A stretch of DNA of 64,000 bases from a virus (Duplodnaviria; Heunggongvirae; Uroviricota; Caudoviricetes): IMG/VR virus record IMGVR_UViG_3300032070_000730; one strand, 5' to 3'. Positions 19,033 through 26,938 of this stretch are shown here, piece by piece; position 1 is the first letter of the stretch, and every line of letters begins with the position of its first letter. Below the pieces are notes generated by a model. That model was not told the origin of the DNA, made no database searches, and saw only the letters and a program-made list of their open reading frames with translations. A program made the position numbers and the translations under genes.

Positions 19033-19033
19033 A

Positions 19034-19300
19034 TTAAGATTTCCACTCTTTATCATACGGTTGAGGATATGTTTGTTTTTTCCAACCCCATTGTTTAACA
19101 TGATTTTTTGTCGTTACTTTAATCTCTCTATATTCTTTTTGTGGAATCTTCTCTAATGATTCTACTTTTTCTCGAAGTTCATGTGCCCTTTTTTGTAATT
19201 TCTCTCTTTTAATCCCATGCTTTTTCATCAAATATTGCATATATTTGTATGCTTCTGGGAATTGTTTTGATAATTCAGCCTCTTTGTATGTTTTATGCAT
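19034..19300 (-). CDS. hypothetical protein
   Basis: 88-aa basic ORF. Confidence 0.3.
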   Translation of the reverse strand: MHKTYKEAELSKQFPEAYKYMQYLMKKHGIKREKLQKRAHELREKVESLEKIPQKEYREIKVTTKNHVKQWGWKKQTYPQPYDKEWKS

Positions 19301-19827
19301 TATTCCTCACCAACAACCCAACGTGTCGCCATTCTTGGGAATGTTTCTCTCGCCATTAATTTTGATGGTTCAAGTTCTCCTAACATTTTCAGCCCCTTTC
19401 TTTTAGAAAGTTCTCCTTTTTTGATTCTTCCTTCTATTTCTGACATCTGGGGAGACCAACTTTTTTTTGCATACCATTTTAATACGTCTGGTATTTTCTT
19501 CACTTTACCCATTTTTTCTATGAATCTCTGCCTTTCCTTTTCTGATAATCTGTTGTAAACTTTGTGCGACATTTCATGAACCACATCCCTTGCTGTTTCA
19601 CTGTAATATTCTTTTTTGGGTATTCGCACAAAAGTCTCTTTAGGAATGTTACCTGTCACAAACCCCATTACGGGGTCTTCAGTATATCCTCTTGGGTATA
19701 CCGTGAATTTTCTTGGAAGTCTTATAGCATGAACCATATATAATTTATGTGTGCATAAATATTTAAAAATTTTAGAAATATTTAAATATTTACTCGTCGT
19801 ATTATTAGATAGGTATAAACTATGCAC
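19300..19827 (-). CDS. HExxH zinc metallopeptidase-like protein
   Basis: VVHEMSHKV HExxH motif; divergent from the MVHK array. Confidence 0.4.
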   Translation of the reverse strand: MHSLYLSNNTTSKYLNISKIFKYLCTHKLYMVHAIRLPRKFTVYPRGYTEDPVMGFVTGNIPKETFVRIPKKEYYSETARDVVHEMSHKVYNRLSEKERQRFIEKMGKVKKIPDVLKWYAKKSWSPQMSEIEGRIKKGELSKRKGLKMLGELEPSKLMARETFPRMATRWVVGEE

Positions 19828-20070
19828 AAAATGAAGAAAAATTGTGAAGCCTGTAAGAGATTCGAGGTTCAGTGGGAATTGGTGGATAAAGTTGGAAACG
19901 ATAAACCATACAAAGTATGCTCTAATTGTTTATTGGAATTAGTTGGGCACGCTTTGAACAAAAATCAGTTCAAGAATCTTTTGAAAAGTAGCCACAAGGA
20001 AGGCGAGTTTTTATTACACAGCGACTTTTATGACGAGAAGGGGAACGCTTTACAGTCAGTATTTAAGTGA
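19822..20070 (+). CDS. zinc-ribbon protein (starts MHKMKK)
   Basis: CEACK...CSNC. Confidence 0.35.
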   Translation: MHKMKKNCEACKRFEVQWELVDKVGNDKPYKVCSNCLLELVGHALNKNQFKNLLKSSHKEGEFLLHSDFYDEKGNALQSVFK

Positions 20071-20090
20071 AAGTAAATGGATGTGATTGA

Positions 20091-20396
20091 ATGGTTCATA
20101 AATATACTAAAGCCGAAGGAAAGAAAGAAAAATGGATGAAAGGTTGGGCTGAAGAATTAAACAAAATACAGAATTATCCTTATATCTATGATATGAAGAC
20201 CAAGAAATTTTTCAAAAGATTAAGATGGGGGGATAATGAAACAGTTGAAAAGGGAGAAAGATGCCACGATTGCGGGGTATTGAAGGGTTCTTATCACGGT
20301 GATGGATGCGATATGGAAACAGACCCAAGAACAGGGAGTCAATTACTTGGTTCAGAAGATTTTCATATATCCCAAAGAATAAGGCAAAGGATTTAA
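20091..20396 (+). CDS. MVHK-array protein 1
   Basis: MVHKYTKAEGKK...; 101 aa. Confidence 0.5.
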   Translation: MVHKYTKAEGKKEKWMKGWAEELNKIQNYPYIYDMKTKKFFKRLRWGDNETVEKGERCHDCGVLKGSYHGDGCDMETDPRTGSQLLGSEDFHISQRIRQRI

Positions 20397-20435
20397 ATCT
20401 AACTATAGGATTTAAAATATAGGTAAGGTGAGAAA

Positions 20436-20627
20436 TTGGTTCATAAAAGAATTAAAGACCAGTCGAATAAAATAATAGATGCTATTTTGACAGAAAGAAA
20501 TTTAGTCAGAGATGGTTACTTAATAGTCAACCAAATAGGGGGGACAATTTATGTTTCTTATGATGATTTGTCATCAAAAGAATTGAAAGCACTCTCGGAA
20601 CAAAAAAAATTAAGTGAGGAATCATAA
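20436..20627 (+). CDS. MVHK-array protein 2 (TTG start)
   Basis: TTGGTTCATAAAAGA reads (M)VHKRIKDQ. Confidence 0.45.
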   Translation: MVHKRIKDQSNKIIDAILTERNLVRDGYLIVNQIGGTIYVSYDDLSSKELKALSEQKKLSEES

Positions 20628-20881
20628 TGGTTCACTTAATGAAATTAAAAAAGAATGAAATTCCTGAAGGGTGGAAATTATACAGACATTTTAAAGACGG
20701 TGCAGAATATAGGGGATTAAGAGGTTTCGTTGCAGTTCGCAAGGACGGAAAGGAATATTGGTTCGATTGGGGAATCAAAAAAGGAGATATGTTGGCATCT
20801 TCATTCGTCAAAGATAAGAAAAAAATAAAACCCGAATTGAAGAGAATAATGACAAGAGAATTTCCTATAGAGGCTGATTAA
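20627..20881 (+). CDS. MVHK-array protein 3 (MVHL variant)
   Basis: ATG overlaps the preceding TAA. Confidence 0.5.
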   Translation: MVHLMKLKKNEIPEGWKLYRHFKDGAEYRGLRGFVAVRKDGKEYWFDWGIKKGDMLASSFVKDKKKIKPELKRIMTREFPIEAD

Positions 20882-20883
20882 AT

Positions 20884-21048
20884 ATGGTTCATAAAACAAA
20901 GAGATTCAAAGTGGATTTTAGTGACATGAAAAGCATCACGAAAGCAGAGAAGATGAAAGCGATGCTGGAGAACAAAGGATACAACCTCAAATCGACAAAG
21001 CAGATAGGTTTCGACAAATGGGTTGGCACATACGAGAGGGATGAATGA
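20884..21048 (+). CDS. MVHK-array protein 4 (54 aa, not in ORF track)
   Basis: ATGGTTCATAAAACAAAG reads MVHKTKRFKVDF... Confidence 0.45.
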   Translation: MVHKTKRFKVDFSDMKSITKAEKMKAMLENKGYNLKSTKQIGFDKWVGTYERDE

Positions 21049-21311
21049 TGGTTCATATATTAAAGAAAAAACCAAAGATTGACTTGGATTTTATTGATTA
21101 CATAGCAAAGTGGGGAAGGTGGAACATAGAAAGAGAGGGCGTTGGGAGAACATATACAAGAGGCGACCAGAAGATAAAAATAATGAAAGTTTCGGACGGG
21201 TTTAAAATCGTGTTGTTCAAAAAAGGTTATCCAGTCGATACTGATGTGTCTAAATATAAAAACATGATTTATACACTGGCTGGAGAGGCACTTGCATTTA
21301 GGGTGTGGTAA
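21045..21311 (+). CDS. MVHK-array protein 5 (MMVHILKK)
   Basis: Start ATGATG overlaps the upstream TGA. Confidence 0.5.
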   Translation: MMVHILKKKPKIDLDFIDYIAKWGRWNIEREGVGRTYTRGDQKIKIMKVSDGFKIVLFKKGYPVDTDVSKYKNMIYTLAGEALAFRVW

Positions 21312-21312
21312 A

Positions 21313-21507
21313 ATGGTTCATAAAATTACTCCAAAAACAATACGTTTATATGGAATAAGGATAAACAATAAAAAAATTCTCAAAGATTATCTAAATGCTT
21401 TACTTGGAAATACAAGTAGAAAAATTGAAGATGAAGAAATAGTTAGAATAACCGAGAATGTTTTAAAAGAATTTAAAGAAAGGAGAAAGATTCCAATAAA
21501 GGGATAA
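21313..21507 (+). CDS. MVHK-array protein 6
   Basis: ATG immediately after the upstream TAA; MVHKITPKT. Confidence 0.45.
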   Translation: MVHKITPKTIRLYGIRINNKKILKDYLNALLGNTSRKIEDEEIVRITENVLKEFKERRKIPIKG

Positions 21508-21509
21508 TT

Positions 21510-21833
21510 ATGGTTCATAAATTAAGACCGTATGCGATTTTGACCACTGAAAGTAATAGAGTTGAAGTCAAAGCAAGAACTCTTGCGGAAGCATACAGAA
21601 AAGCAAAAAAAGAATTGATAAAATTCAATAAAGACCCCAATCTGAAAAAAGTCGGTTTTGAAAACCAAGACTTGACTTCAGCATACGAGACTTATGGAAG
21701 AAGTGGAATATCAACGAAGGGGTTCGTAATAACTTCAAAATCAATAGAACTTCATAAAAAACATAATCTTGGAATTTCAAAAAAGCATCCTTTGCAGGTG
21801 CTTTATGGAGATGTGAGAGTGCGTGGTTCATAA
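21510..21833 (+). CDS. MVHK-array protein 7
   Basis: MVHKLRPYA; 107 aa. Confidence 0.5.
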   Translation: MVHKLRPYAILTTESNRVEVKARTLAEAYRKAKKELIKFNKDPNLKKVGFENQDLTSAYETYGRSGISTKGFVITSKSIELHKKHNLGISKKHPLQVLYGDVRVRGS

Positions 21834-22029
21834 AAATGGTCAAATAAAAGAAGAATGGGCAAAATTCATAATTAGCCAAGCCCTATTGGAGATAAGAACA
21901 GAAAAAGATATTCCTAAAGTCATAGAAAAAGTCGAAGGAACTGCACTTGGGAGCAGACCAGACCTGATGAAAAAATTCTTGCGTTTAGTTGAATCAAAAA
22001 GAAATTTGTTAAAACACAAAGGGAGATAA
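21823..22029 (+). CDS. MVHK-array protein 8 (GTG start)
   Basis: GTGGTTCATAAAAAT reads (M)VHKNGQ. Confidence 0.45.
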   Translation: MVHKNGQIKEEWAKFIISQALLEIRTEKDIPKVIEKVEGTALGSRPDLMKKFLRLVESKRNLLKHKGR

Positions 22030-22030
22030 A

Positions 22031-22294
22031 ATGGTTCATAAGATTAAAAAAAATCCAAGCATAAAGAAAGTATTACATTCAAAAGACAAAGATTTAGACA
22101 ACGCATTTGTGAATGATATGTATGTTAAGCAGGGATATAGTGCTTTACAGGTTAACATTGAAGCCAAAAATCAACAGATTACATCTGCTCTTGATAGAAA
22201 AATAAGAAGGGTTGTAAATAAAAACGAAAAGAAATTATTGGATAAATTCGGTGGAAATTATATTGAAATTAACACTTTTGGAATAGTTGATTAA
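22031..22294 (+). CDS. MVHK-array protein 9
   Basis: MVHKIKKNPS. Confidence 0.5.
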   Translation: MVHKIKKNPSIKKVLHSKDKDLDNAFVNDMYVKQGYSALQVNIEAKNQQITSALDRKIRRVVNKNEKKLLDKFGGNYIEINTFGIVD

Positions 22295-22296
22295 TC

Positions 22297-22401
22297 ATGG
22301 TTCATCACAAAAAAAAATATAAAAGATGTGAATATTGCGGTAAAAAATGTTTAACTTCTCCGTGTTTGGAATGCGGGTATAGGAGAGGGGTGTATTCATA
22401 G
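22297..22401 (+). CDS. MVHK-array protein 10 (MVHH; 34-aa zinc ribbon)
   Basis: CEYCGKKC...CLECG. Confidence 0.4.
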   Translation: MVHHKKKYKRCEYCGKKCLTSPCLECGYRRGVYS

Positions 22402-22577
22402 TGGTGCATAAAATCAGGAAGGGGGGGAAAGATTGGAATAAATTGTCTATTGAAGAACAAGATATAATAGCCGATAGATTTTTTAAAGATAGAGATACTT
22501 ATGCATGGACAGAAGATGGTTATCCAACATTACCTTTTAAAAAATATTTAAAACAGGAAGGTTATTATGGTTCATAA
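22401..22577 (+). CDS. MVHK-array protein 11 (GTG start; VVHK)
   Basis: GTGGTGCATAAA overlaps the upstream TAG by 1 nt. Its last codons plus stop (..GGT TCA TAA) overlap the next gene's ATGGTTCATAA start. Confidence 0.4.
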   Translation: MVHKIRKGGKDWNKLSIEEQDIIADRFFKDRDTYAWTEDGYPTLPFKKYLKQEGYYGS

Positions 22578-22695
22578 AAAATTAACTTCAAAAGAAAAGA
22601 TGCAAAGAATAGCAATGGCTACTTTTGCATGGGATAAAGACCAAATGTCAACTAATAATGCTTTGAAGAATGTAAAAAGAGCGTTGAGTGATTAA
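22567..22695 (+). CDS. MVHK-array protein 12 (42 aa)
   Basis: MVHKKLTSKEK. Confidence 0.4.
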   Translation: MVHKKLTSKEKMQRIAMATFAWDKDQMSTNNALKNVKRALSD

Positions 22696-22696
22696 G

Positions 22697-22996
22697 ATGG
22701 TTCATAAAATAAAAAAGAAAACCCCGAAAGACATCGATGTTTTTTGGTATTTTGAAGAAGTTTTAATCAAAAAAGATTTGGATACAGATGATTGGTATAA
22801 AGGAAGAACAAATCAATTGATTTTAAACCTTTTAAATAGTGTAGAAAATGATGTTATTGGGAGTATTGAGGGGGGTGAAGGTATTCCAAGAGCAACTGCA
22901 AAAAAGGCGGTTGATATATTCAGAAAGGGAATAGAAAAAGAATTAAAAGAACACCCAGATTATCCTTATGATGTTACACAAGGAGAGTATGATTAG
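22697..22996 (+). CDS. MVHK-array protein 13
   Basis: MVHKIKKKTPKD; the ORF track's upstream extension is likely spurious. Confidence 0.5.
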   Translation: MVHKIKKKTPKDIDVFWYFEEVLIKKDLDTDDWYKGRTNQLILNLLNSVENDVIGSIEGGEGIPRATAKKAVDIFRKGIEKELKEHPDYPYDVTQGEYD

Positions 22997-22997
22997 T

Positions 22998-23168
22998 ATG
23001 GTTCATAAAAATGAAATAAAGGTAAGAGCAAAAGATTTACTCAAAGCAATAAAAGATAATCTTGAGAGTTGTAAAAAAGCAGGAATAGATACTACAGGTG
23101 GTTATGTCAAACAACAATACATAGCAGACGAGATGGATGAATTGGAACAGGCTATTAAGAGGAAATAA
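22998..23168 (+). CDS. MVHK-array protein 14
   Basis: ATG 2 nt after the upstream TAG; MVHKNEIKV. Confidence 0.45.
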   Translation: MVHKNEIKVRAKDLLKAIKDNLESCKKAGIDTTGGYVKQQYIADEMDELEQAIKRK

Positions 23169-23170
23169 TT

Positions 23171-23359
23171 ATGGTTCATATATTAAAGAAAGGATTTTAT
23201 TGTCCTCACTGCGGAGATTATCTTGGTAAAATCAGTGGAGAACATGATGAATATGATTTGTTGAAAAGACATCTGGAAAACAGAAATTGCAGTTCTAAAG
23301 GAGCGATGAAGATTTATGAAGCAGAGGACAGAGAAAAAATGGGTTTTCATGATGATTGA
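23171..23359 (+). CDS. MVHK-array protein 15 (MVHILKK; zinc ribbon)
   Basis: CPHCGDY...C. Confidence 0.45.
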   Translation: MVHILKKGFYCPHCGDYLGKISGEHDEYDLLKRHLENRNCSSKGAMKIYEAEDREKMGFHDD

Positions 23360-23361
23360 TT

Positions 23362-23553
23362 ATGGTTCATAAAATTGGTATCAAAAAATTGGGAGATTTG
23401 TGGACATTAACTTTGAATGGAAAAGAAGTTACTTGGAGTGATTTTGACCCATTCGGAGATGTTCCAGCAGTATATCAAACAAAAAAAGAAGCAGAAAAGG
23501 ATTTGGAAAGATTGAAGAGTATATTAAAAACAAAAAGTGCTTATAGTGATTGA
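23362..23553 (+). CDS. MVHK-array protein 16
   Basis: Junction TGATTGATTATGGTTCATAAAATTGG. Confidence 0.45.
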   Translation: MVHKIGIKKLGDLWTLTLNGKEVTWSDFDPFGDVPAVYQTKKEAEKDLERLKSILKTKSAYSD

Positions 23554-23555
23554 TT

Positions 23556-23879
23556 ATGGTTCACAGAGTCAAAATAAAACTGGAGAAAAAATACAAGGCT
23601 TGGTTCATAATCAGAGGTGGTGGTTTCTCTGCACAAGAAGGATTGCAAGACATTCTCAAAAACTTTGCGGTTGACAATTACAAAACAGAACCTTCATTCT
23701 TAATGGTTGAAAAGGGGTTCAACAATAAACAGGATGCTTGGAAATGGACAAATATGATAAGTGAAAGACTTTGGAAATTTAGTTGGTATAAGCAGGCAGA
23801 TTGTTCTGTATCAGGCGTTCAGATGAAAGATATTGTTTCTGGTAAAGAAGATTGGTATGATGTAGAAGAGGGAGAATGA
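23556..23879 (+). CDS. MVHK-array protein 17 (MVHR)
   Basis: Junction TGATTGATTATGGTTCACAGA. Confidence 0.45.
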   Translation: MVHRVKIKLEKKYKAWFIIRGGGFSAQEGLQDILKNFAVDNYKTEPSFLMVEKGFNNKQDAWKWTNMISERLWKFSWYKQADCSVSGVQMKDIVSGKEDWYDVEEGE

Positions 23880-24037
23880 TGGTTCACAAAAGAAGTTCAG
23901 AATGCGAATATTGCGGGAAGGAATTGAAAAGAACACAAAAAAGATTTTGCAGTAGTTATTGTGAAATACGAACATCAGAAAAAGCAAGAGAATTGATTAA
24001 AAAAGAGAGCAAAGAATTGGAAGAAGAGGGATGGTAA
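23879..24037 (+). CDS. MVHK-array protein 18 (52-aa zinc ribbon)
   Basis: MVHKRSSECEYCGK...CSSYC. Confidence 0.4.
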   Translation: MVHKRSSECEYCGKELKRTQKRFCSSYCEIRTSEKARELIKKESKELEEEGW

Positions 24038-24238
24038 ATGGTTCATAAAATTGATAGAAGCAAATTAAATATGCTTGAAAGAGATTTGATAGAAGGATTG
24101 ACAGATGAACAGGCTCAAAAAATTATAAATACAGTAAATGCAATCACAAAACATATAAACGATGAAGAGATAATATTTAGAGACGTGTCAGGAACTCCAA
24201 CTATATTAAGGCTTAAAAAATTTGGAGAGCATAGTTGA
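24038..24238 (+). CDS. MVHK-array protein 19
   Basis: MVHKIDRSK. Confidence 0.5.
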   Translation: MVHKIDRSKLNMLERDLIEGLTDEQAQKIINTVNAITKHINDEEIIFRDVSGTPTILRLKKFGEHS

Positions 24239-24244
24239 TTGATT

Positions 24245-24385
24245 ATGGCTCATAAAATTACAAAATGGAAAACTCATAAAAGAATGACCAAATGGGAAAA
24301 GGAATATGGAAGATGTTGCAGACAATGTTATGACCCAGAAAATCCTCATCCCGAATATTGCAGTTGTCTTTGCCACGAGAGGTAA
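24245..24385 (+). CDS. MVHK-array protein 20 (MAHK variant, Cys-rich 46 aa)
   Basis: ATGGCTCATAAAATT; CCRQCYD...CSCLCH. Confidence 0.4.
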   Translation: MAHKITKWKTHKRMTKWEKEYGRCCRQCYDPENPHPEYCSCLCHER

Positions 24386-24390
24386 TGTTT

Positions 24391-24621
24391 ATGGTTCACA
24401 AAATAAAAGGAGTTGTCAAGTATTGGGATTTAGGTAGAGGAAAAGCATCTGGTTTACTAAAAATAGATGCGAAAAATGAGGAAGATTTCAATAACAAACT
24501 TGAAAATGAATTTAAAAAATACCTTATGAGTAGAGATATAAGTTTTGATAATGGAAAAGTATTTGTTGGCGGTTTTAGGCATGTGGGTAATTTTCAATTC
24601 ATAGCAAAAGAGGAAGATTAA
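24391..24621 (+). CDS. MVHK-array protein 21
   Basis: MVHKIKGVVKYW. Confidence 0.45.
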   Translation: MVHKIKGVVKYWDLGRGKASGLLKIDAKNEEDFNNKLENEFKKYLMSRDISFDNGKVFVGGFRHVGNFQFIAKEED

Positions 24622-25026
24622 ATGGTTCATCGGGTCAAGAAATCAAAAGAAAGGTTTGATTTTCCTTTAGACCCAAGTTTAAAAACAAGAATCGCAATTT
24701 ATGTTCCTTCAACTTATGATGGTGTTCATCCTATCGGCAAACAAAAATTTGCAAGAAGAGTCGGCGAGACTCAAAAGTTCCTTAACAATCTATTTGGCGG
24801 TTCGACAAGGATTCGTGGAGAAGGTTCTTATGTCATGAAAGGCGGAAAACTAATAAAAGAAGATGTCGCAGTAGTAGAAGCATTCACAGAACCCAGAAAA
24901 TGGTTTGAAAAAGATTTGGCTGTCAAGAGATGGATTGAGAACAAGAAAAGGAATTGGAAGCAGGAATCTATGTCTTTCGAGTATGAAGCACCACAACATC
25001 CCGCTTCAAGTCTAACATTTGTTTAA
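24622..25026 (+). CDS. MVHK-array protein 22 (MVHR; 134 aa, last of array)
   Basis: MVHRVKKSKERF. Confidence 0.5.
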   Translation: MVHRVKKSKERFDFPLDPSLKTRIAIYVPSTYDGVHPIGKQKFARRVGETQKFLNNLFGGSTRIRGEGSYVMKGGKLIKEDVAVVEAFTEPRKWFEKDLAVKRWIENKKRNWKQESMSFEYEAPQHPASSLTFV

Positions 25027-25036
25027 CAATAATCCT

Positions 25037-25324
25037 TCACCTTAAAACTTTCTTTGATGGTCTAATTAAAAATCCACCTTTTACAACATTGACTACCCAA
25101 AATTCATCTTCGGGGAGTTTTCCAGAGATAATTTTTGTGTTTATCTTGAATACCAGATACTTTCCTCTACGTTCCGCTCTGACAAGAAGTTCATTGGAAA
25201 TCATCCATTTGTATTTGAATCCTTCCATATCACCACTTCCAGTCGAGCCTTCTTTTGCATCTTGGGCAAGACTTGGGTTCTTTCTTATCAGACTCCCAAT
25301 CATACCCGCATTTCTTACATACAT
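25037..25324 (-). CDS. hypothetical protein
   Basis: 95-aa ORF, distal gene of the MoxR-vWA run. Confidence 0.3.
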   Translation of the reverse strand: MYVRNAGMIGSLIRKNPSLAQDAKEGSTGSGDMEGFKYKWMISNELLVRAERRGKYLVFKINTKIISGKLPEDEFWVVNVVKGGFLIRPSKKVLR

Positions 25325-25355
25325 GCTGGTATTTGTATTCTTTCACCATCAACTA

Positions 25356-26051
25356 TCACCTGTTCACAATTCTGGAACTCATTCCTTCCCACAATATTTT
25401 CTCTATCAGTCCGACAAGTTTCATGAAATTTCTAACTTCGTTTGACCTTCTCCTGCTTACTCTCTCATACAAAAGTTTGTATATGTCGAAGTAAGTCTTT
25501 GCGTTATCGAATAATTCCTGCTCATTTTTGTTGAACTCAAGTTTTTCCAGTTTCTTTTTCATCTCTTCTTTTGATTCTTGAGAGACATCTGTATATAATC
25601 CCTGAAGAAAGGTGCTGAACGTTCCCTGAACTTTCTTGAAGTCAGCCAGTATGTTTCTGATAACTTCATTGACGTTTCCTCTGTGCATCTGCCTCACTGC
25701 TTTGACACCGTATATTCTCATCCCATCTTTGTCCATGTATGGGACTATCCAGACACCAGAACTTTTGTCAACAGAGTTAAAGAGAACAAGTTTCATCTCA
25801 TCGTTCTCCATGTCTGCCTTGACGAATCCCCTGAAGACAACTATCCTTTTTATTTCCGTCTTTGTCGCTTCAAGGAAGTTCTTGACAAATTCTCTCGGTT
25901 GGACTAACACATATTTGTCGCTGATTATCCCGACGTGCTCTTCTGTCTCGATGTTCCTGACAACAAAATTATGCACAACTTTCTTTCCTGTGTCATCAAA
26001 AAGTTCTCTCTTGTCGAACAATGGAATCTCTTCCACATTACCAATTATCAT
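25356..26051 (-). CDS. hypothetical protein
   Basis: 231-aa ORF co-directional with MoxR/vWA. Confidence 0.3.
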   Translation of the reverse strand: MIIGNVEEIPLFDKRELFDDTGKKVVHNFVVRNIETEEHVGIISDKYVLVQPREFVKNFLEATKTEIKRIVVFRGFVKADMENDEMKLVLFNSVDKSSGVWIVPYMDKDGMRIYGVKAVRQMHRGNVNEVIRNILADFKKVQGTFSTFLQGLYTDVSQESKEEMKKKLEKLEFNKNEQELFDNAKTYFDIYKLLYERVSRRRSNEVRNFMKLVGLIEKILWEGMSSRIVNR

Positions 26052-26938
26052 TGGTTATCACCTTTGTTTATTTTTATCAAGGCGATTGTCGCCTTTATGG
26101 TCTGCCAATCATCATTGTCAGACTCAACTAATTCGAGTAAATCCTCAAAAATATCAAACCTGTCAGAATCAAAGTGCTCCTTCAATTTTTTCATGTGTGT
26201 TTTTAATTTTTTGGCGAGGTTGGCTACGATTATCGATGATATTTCTTTCCTGTCATTTTCAGTTAGTAAATAATTCCAAACTCTGAAAGAAGTCTTTAGA
26301 TGATGAAGTTCATTGTCAAATCCACTGTAAGCAAATCTTTCCTCGCTCAATCGAAAGGCATTGCTTTTGATTCCAGAAAGCACACCGCCTTTCAAATTAT
26401 TTTCCATTTCTTGTTTCTGGTCGATTTTTATAAGTTTTTTTAGATTATTGATTCTTTCTTCTGCCCATAATTCTTTTGTCATCATATTTATCAAAATATC
26501 GATTGGAAGTTTTATTCTGCTTGCTCTAAATTTTTTATGTTCCATCAAGTCGATAAACTCGCTTTGATTTTCTTTAGCCAGCACTACAAGGACGCTATCG
26601 AATTCATCGTCGCTTAAAAAATCCAACAATGTCTCCCATTTACGAGAACCATATTGTGTTTTTATCAAACTTTTGGCTATCTCTTCCGCAGTAAAGAAAC
26701 CTTTAGCCCTTAATTTCTTCGTATAATCGATAAAGAATTTTTTCAAATCGCCTTCAAGATAATCGATAATACCGACATACTTTTCCTGAAATTCATCTCT
26801 TTTGACCTTTTTCATATTATCCAAATCAATGCTCACTTTTATTTCTCCGTCTTCAAATTTCAGACCTTCCCTGAAGAATTTTTCTGCAAATTCCATTATT
26901 TCGTTATCACTCATATTTTTCACCCTCTTTGAAATCAA
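26048..26938 (-). CDS. hypothetical alpha-helical protein
   Basis: 296 aa; overlaps neighbours by 4 nt (operon). Confidence 0.3.
   Translation of the reverse strand: MISKRVKNMSDNEIMEFAEKFFREGLKFEDGEIKVSIDLDNMKKVKRDEFQEKYVGIIDYLEGDLKKFFIDYTKKLRAKGFFTAEEIAKSLIKTQYGSRKWETLLDFLSDDEFDSVLVVLAKENQSEFIDLMEHKKFRASRIKLPIDILINMMTKELWAEERINNLKKLIKIDQKQEMENNLKGGVLSGIKSNAFRLSEERFAYSGFDNELHHLKTSFRVWNYLLTENDRKEISSIIVANLAKKLKTHMKKLKEHFDSDRFDIFEDLLELVESDNDDWQTIKATIALIKINKGDNQ

Larger units (their letters stand above)
20091..25026 (+). other. array of 22 translationally coupled small genes all encoding an N-terminal M-V-H-(K/R) motif
   Basis: Each start reads ATGGTTCA(T/C)AAA or a variant. Most overlap the preceding stop codon (TGATTGATTATGG, TAAATGG, TGATGG). 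Protein bodies are unrelated. Confidence 0.8.

Noticed and set aside
20091-25026. MVHK array as simple tandem paralog duplications
   Set aside because: Outside the first 4-8 residues the proteins show no detectable mutual similarity by eye, and their lengths vary from 34 to 134 aa.
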